A stretch of DNA of 64,000 nucleotides from Macrostomum lignano (lineage: Eukaryota). The notes beneath the pieces were generated by a model. It worked only from the letters and a program-made list of their open reading frames with translations. It was not told the origin of the DNA and searched no databases. A program made the translations under genes and the position numbers. Of the stretch, positions 59,102 to 64,000 are shown piece after piece. Location: positions 98,517 to 162,516 of the forward strand of contig NIVC01001909.1 of assembly GCA_002269645.1 (NCBI GenBank), given 5' to 3'. Each line of letters opens with the position of its first letter. Position 1 is the first letter of the stretch.

Positions 59102-60305
59102 GCGATAGATAATAGAAAAAAACGGCTCAACCGATTTTCACTAAACTTGCACCATTCGATCAGAAATTCTCCATGACGGTACATGGCTCGTGACTAAAAA
59201 ATTGCTCAATGCTAAAGGGATTCAATAGTCGAAAAACATGCATTTTTGCAAAGGTCAAGTAAAGTTTTCGACTTGAAATGCATTGTAAGAATGCTAGAAA
59301 AAAATGACAGACTGAAATTTGATTCTGATAAAGATTACATCACAACAAACTTTTTACTTATTGTCGTTTTTTTACATGCATGGCTGAATGTTCACACTGA
59401 CTTGAATTGCACAAGGGACGCAAGGCTTACAGCTGAGGGAATTTCTGGAATCTCAAGGCTCATTGGGGAATTGCTCAGATGTCCTGGCTTACTGTGGAAT
59501 TGCTGGGATGTCGAAGCTTATGGGGAATTGCTGGAATGTCAAGGCTTACAACTGGGGGAATTGCTGGGATGTCAAGGCTTGCAGCTGGGGGAATTGCTGA
59601 GATGTCAAAGCTTATGGGGAATTGCTGGGATGTCCAGGCTTACAGCTGGGGGAATCGCTGGGATGTCAAGGCTTACAACTGGGGGAATTGCTGAGATGTC
59701 CAGGCTTACTGGGGAATTGCTGGGATGTCAAAGCGTATGGGAATTGCTGGGATGTCAAGGCATATGGGGAATTGCTGAGATGTCAAGGCTTACAGCTGGG
59801 GAAATTGCTGAGATGTCCAGGCTTACTGGGGAATTGCTGGGATGTCAAGGCTTACAGCTAGGGAAATTGCTGAGATGTCAAGGCTTACAACTGGGGAAAT
59901 TGCTGAGATGTCCAGGCTTATTGGGAAATTGCTGGCATGTCAAGGCTTATGGGGAATTGCTGGGATGTCAAGGCTTACAGCTGGGGGAATTGCTGAGATG
60001 TCAAGGCTTGCAGCTAAGGGAATTGCTGAGATGTCAAGGCTTGGTGGGGAAATTTTTTAGACTTCAAGGCTTAGCTGGGGGAATTGCTGAGATGTCCAGG
60101 CTTACAGCTGAGGGAATTGCTGAGATGGCTAGGCTTACTGGGGAATTGCTGGGTTGTCAAAGCTTATGGGAATTGCTGGGATGTCAAGGCTTACTGGGAA
60201 ATTGCTGAGATGTCAAGGCTTAGTGGAAGCATGGCTCTATTCTTTAATATTTTAGCAATATTTTCATTTACCTTTTTGCACTCCCCGAACGGGCTGGATT
60301 GCTAG
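58996..60305 (+). mobile_element. Probable non-autonomous Helitron with (GTCT)n and ~27-bp satellite
   Basis: 5' TCTATATATCTAAA followed by (GTCT)n (59017-59101). 3' CCCGAACGGG hairpin, then GGATTGCTAG|T. Internal array GGGAATTGCTGAGATGTCAAGGCTTA (59430-60230). Confidence 0.65.
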
Positions 60306-60797
60306 TATACACTAAAAGATTGAGACATGGTGTTGCTAATTAATTAGTCATTCGCTAGCAGATCCAATAGCCCCGTTCGCCACTAGTCTGCCAAGAAAAA
60401 CAGTCATTTAGAAAAGACAAAAAATAGGCCACCACACAACAAAAAAACTTGATGTATATAGTATTCATCATCAAAAACGAGTCTTGCAACTGTTCCAGTG
60501 TATCTCGTACAACTCCACCCGCCAGTGTACGAGCGTACATTTCCCTCGCGAGGCAAACGGGGGGGAGGAAGAAGTGCTTGCTGGACTAGTGTACTTTTTA
60601 TTCTCTCTCCAGATTGACTGTACGGGTCACGCTAAAATATTTCTTGGAAATACCCAGTGCCTCCCAAATGAATAGAAAAAGCCGAAAACGAAAACTATCG
60701 GCTCTTTAAGTCAGGACCTCAATTAATGTAAGACTGAAAAGTTTATTTAGAGCCTAAAAATCCTGGTTAAGCAGCTTACTACCGATACGAAAAGCTT

Positions 60798-62747
60798 ATG
60801 GCAGGTGCAGGTAATTCGTTCGATTCCGACGACGAAGGCGAGTGGCACACGGTCTGGAAGGGCAGTAAGAAGAAGCGCCAGGCCGAATCTGAGACGGTCG
60901 AAAATTGGGCTCGAGGTCAAGGAGTTCGCGACCGACAATTTGAGGACGGTCGGGATAGCAGTGTGAGTACCAAATCTTGGCGCCAAATACAGATCAGCTG
61001 CGATGAGCAACATCAGATTCGTCCCGGGTCCAAATTTTTTCAGCGTGGTAATAGCGAGAGAGGCTCCAGCAGAGGCGGAAGTCGTGTCGGAGCTCGAGGC
61101 GGATGGGCCAACCGCGACAACGACAATGGAAGCTCCAGAGATGACTACAGAAGCAGTGGCGGTCGTGGAGGTCGTGGCCGATGGGTCAACCGCGACGGAG
61201 ATAGTGGGAGTGCCAGAGACGACTCCAGGAGCGGTGGTGGTCGAAGAGGTCACGGGGGATGGGCCAACCGCGACGGAGATAGTGGCAACGCCAGAGAAAC
61301 CTTCAGAAGCGGTGGCGGTCCTGGAGGTCGTGGCCGATGGACCAACTTTGACTGTGACAATGGGAGCTTCAGAGACGACTTCAGAAGCGGTAGCAGTCGT
61401 GGCGGTCGTGGCTCGTGGCTCAACCGCGGCGGCGAAAATCGAAGAGCCAGAGCCAACTTCAGAAACGATTGCGGCAGCATTGAGTATAGAGGTAGACACG
61501 ATTCCAGAGGCCGCGGCAGAGGTCGAGGAGGCGACGGAAGGACGTCAGCACCACGGGAGAACATGAAAAATCAGAAAGCAAACTGGAATTTTAGTACTCT
61601 ACTGTGCGGCCCTGCCGACTCGCAGATTGTGTTTACTGAATACCAAGGCTTTTGCAATCAGAAGGCTAAAGAACTTCGCGATAAAGGTCACATTCATGTG
61701 CCCCTTTTTCGGACAACGACTGACGAAGAAGTGTGTCAGAATTTTCGAGAAAAGCTACGTTCGATCACAGCATCCATAACCGAATGCAAAGATTTGCTCA
61801 ATGAAAATTGCCAATTGAGAGCTTTTATCCGGGTCGGAGATCTGTACTTCAATCACAGAAGTTTCCGGTTTGACAGCCGTCCTGGACCTCAGCTTAGAGA
61901 CTTCGGCGATCTGATGGAGTCAGACAAGTTCGAAGAAGCGTCACAACGATTGGACAGATTTTTCAATCCCGACGAAGAAGGATTCTACCGGCGGCGCCCA
62001 ATTACCTCAACATTCGTGACTGAGAAAACCGTGGCGAATCATGCCCTGCTGGAGGTGTTTCTCAGCATGCGAGACTTTGAGGAAGTCAGGGACGACAGCG
62101 AAAAAGTCGCGATTCTCACCGTTACATTGAACGGAGAGCAAAGAAAATTTGAGCTCACCTACAACGCGAACAATCTGGTATTGGACTCTGTGATGCTGAT
62201 CACTAGCAAATGGAATCTAAACATGGTCACAGCAAAGGGTACCAATTACCAGGGCTCATTTAACGAGGTCGCCGACTTCAGACTGCAGTTCGAAGCTTCA
62301 TTTCCCAGCGACACGGAGGAGGTCAATGAGAGCTTGGCTGCCGAAGGATTCAACAAAGAAGACCTGCAGCAGTTGTTCGAAAGGATCGGCGAGGCACCGC
62401 CTGCCTCAGATTTGTTGTCGGATGGCTCCGAGAGGCACTATCGGCTGAAAAGTCTGCCGCAATTGGCAGAGAAGCTGGAATATCTTCGCGAGCAGTCTAA
62501 TAAAACCTTTGTGCGGCATCACGACCGATGGCCACTTCATGTGCGGCTTCGGCAGTTCAAATTCTACAAGCTAGTAAATCCCGTGGCTGGCGTGTTACAG
62601 CCGCTGCCCGGGGTCGAGCTGCGGGTCAGCGCTGAGCTGGGCTGCTCCTTGGACACGGAGGTCCTTGGCGATCCGGAGTTCGCGAGCTACATGTGGGAGT
62701 GCTGCCAGCTGATGCAGGACCTGGTGGCCGCTTCGCTGGAGGATTGA
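60798..62747 (+). CDS. Uncharacterised intronless protein, long paralog (649 aa; 26-aa RG/Trp repeats plus conserved globular region)
   Basis: Long open ORF. 78-bp repeats with Trp codons at 61104, 61182, 61260, 61338 and 61416. C-terminal ~390 aa shared with the short paralog. Confidence 0.87.
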   Translation: MAGAGNSFDSDDEGEWHTVWKGSKKKRQAESETVENWARGQGVRDRQFEDGRDSSVSTKSWRQIQISCDEQHQIRPGSKFFQRGNSERGSSRGGSRVGARGGWANRDNDNGSSRDDYRSSGGRGGRGRWVNRDGDSGSARDDSRSGGGRRGHGGWANRDGDSGNARETFRSGGGPGGRGRWTNFDCDNGSFRDDFRSGSSRGGRGSWLNRGGENRRARANFRNDCGSIEYRGRHDSRGRGRGRGGDGRTSAPRENMKNQKANWNFSTLLCGPADSQIVFTEYQGFCNQKAKELRDKGHIHVPLFRTTTDEEVCQNFREKLRSITASITECKDLLNENCQLRAFIRVGDLYFNHRSFRFDSRPGPQLRDFGDLMESDKFEEASQRLDRFFNPDEEGFYRRRPITSTFVTEKTVANHALLEVFLSMRDFEEVRDDSEKVAILTVTLNGEQRKFELTYNANNLVLDSVMLITSKWNLNMVTAKGTNYQGSFNEVADFRLQFEASFPSDTEEVNESLAAEGFNKEDLQQLFERIGEAPPASDLLSDGSERHYRLKSLPQLAEKLEYLREQSNKTFVRHHDRWPLHVRLRQFKFYKLVNPVAGVLQPLPGVELRVSAELGCSLDTEVLGDPEFASYMWECCQLMQDLVAASLED

Positions 62748-64000
62748 CTCGTTTGTTGAGAGTCGGCCGGACTATTGAAGAAGTTCGATGTTGTTTTCAA
62801 TGTGTTTTCGACGATTATCTATCTTTCTATAAAATCTATGTTCTACAAATTTATTGAAAGCCACAGCGTCACGTCGTTTTTATTTGAAGCAGTCTGCTCC
62901 TTGAACGCTATGCTCGTAAATGCATATGGAATATTGGTGTATATGAGAACGTCCATTATTGAAGCATAGCACAAATTTTAACTCTGCTTTACAACTTAGT
63001 TTTGTTACTTTGATTAATATTTTGGCTCTCATTTAATAAAATCGAGCAGTTTTCAGCCTGTTGTTTTTATTGTCTGTTCAAATTGTATATTGTTTGATTA
63101 TTGTATCATTATTATTACGATAGTATGAGCATAAGAGTTCCTCTTATACTCCTTTGAACTGTGTTTCAGCCGTATTTCGTGTAGATAAGCCGGTTTAATA
63201 TCCATGTAATTTAATTAAGTTTTCTTTCTGTCATTAATCGATGTTTATTAACAGTATAGACTATAGTGTCTACAAATACAGTTCATTTGAAAAAACTTTT
63301 TCGGAAATATACTTACAGCATTATAGTTCTGACTTTGTAGTTTATAGCTATGTTTCGATTGATAACTTGAGTTTTTTCAGTTTCAGATGTGCGCTCTTCT
63401 ACCGTAAAACAGCCAGCGATACATATAAAGTGCTGTTTACAGTTTTGCTGTAATTTTAGCTAAGCTAATACACCATTTTACCCTCGATTTTGAACGAGGA
63501 GAACTTCGAAACCGACAAACTCCTCTTCAATATTGACACTCTATGGTCGGGCACTCAAAATCTACAATCAATATTGACAGATCAAGCTTCAATTTTGACA
63601 AACTCTGGTTCAATTTTGACAATACACATTTAGTCAACTTCTCCCTGGGAAAAATCGATAACAAAGTAATCCAATGAAAGCCTGAACGGGCGAAAGTTAT
63701 CTGTGCAAATCAGCTCATTCTGACCTTGCTTTTGGGATCTACAAGTATTGATAAAAAAATTTTCTCCATCCTCTTACACACAGAGACTAAAATAGCCTGA
63801 CTGTTGGGCGCAAAATCCGATTCTATTTTGACAGAGTTGCTTCAAAACTGACACTCTATGGTTTGTGTACCCCGAAAGTCCGCTTCATTTTTGACAACTC
63901 CTAATCAATATTGAACAGTTTACAATCAGTTTTGACTGCTACCTTATTACATCTGTTCTTGTTGTGTATGTTTCAGAAAAAGCCGTAAACAAGTAGCATT

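Overview
Repeat-rich animal genomic DNA with GC-rich exons and introns filled by mini/microsatellites. The style resembles the flatworm Macrostomum, but that is an inference only. I assembled by hand (1) the middle of a minus-strand coiled-coil gene (exons 5398-5901, 4664-5007, 1856-3048, 1-132) and (2) a 9-exon plus-strand tensin-like gene (16232-41937, about 876 aa, SH2+PTB), with splice phases consistent throughout. The 14-kb intron that splits the tensin SH2 domain holds a minisatellite array with a nested retroelement stack: a LOA/R1-type LINE (26444-38727) into which a second RNase H-bearing LINE (27167-29693, 15-bp TSD) and an intact Ty3/gypsy element (31364-35962, 5-bp TSD) inserted. 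Removing both restores an uninterrupted 1235-aa ORF2. The right part contains two recent paralogs of an intronless RG/Trp-repeat gene of unknown function (47419-48759, 60798-62747). Between them lies a Ginger-type DNA transposon with a two-intron integrase gene and CCGG TSD (52544-55113). Also present: two tRNA-derived SINE families, two MITEs with 8-bp TSDs, a decayed Merlin/ISXO2 transposase, a solo LTR confirmed by an empty paralogous site, and two probable non-autonomous Helitrons. No rRNA, functional tRNA or CRISPR array was seen. Most ORFs in the track are translations of tandem repeats or antisense shadows.
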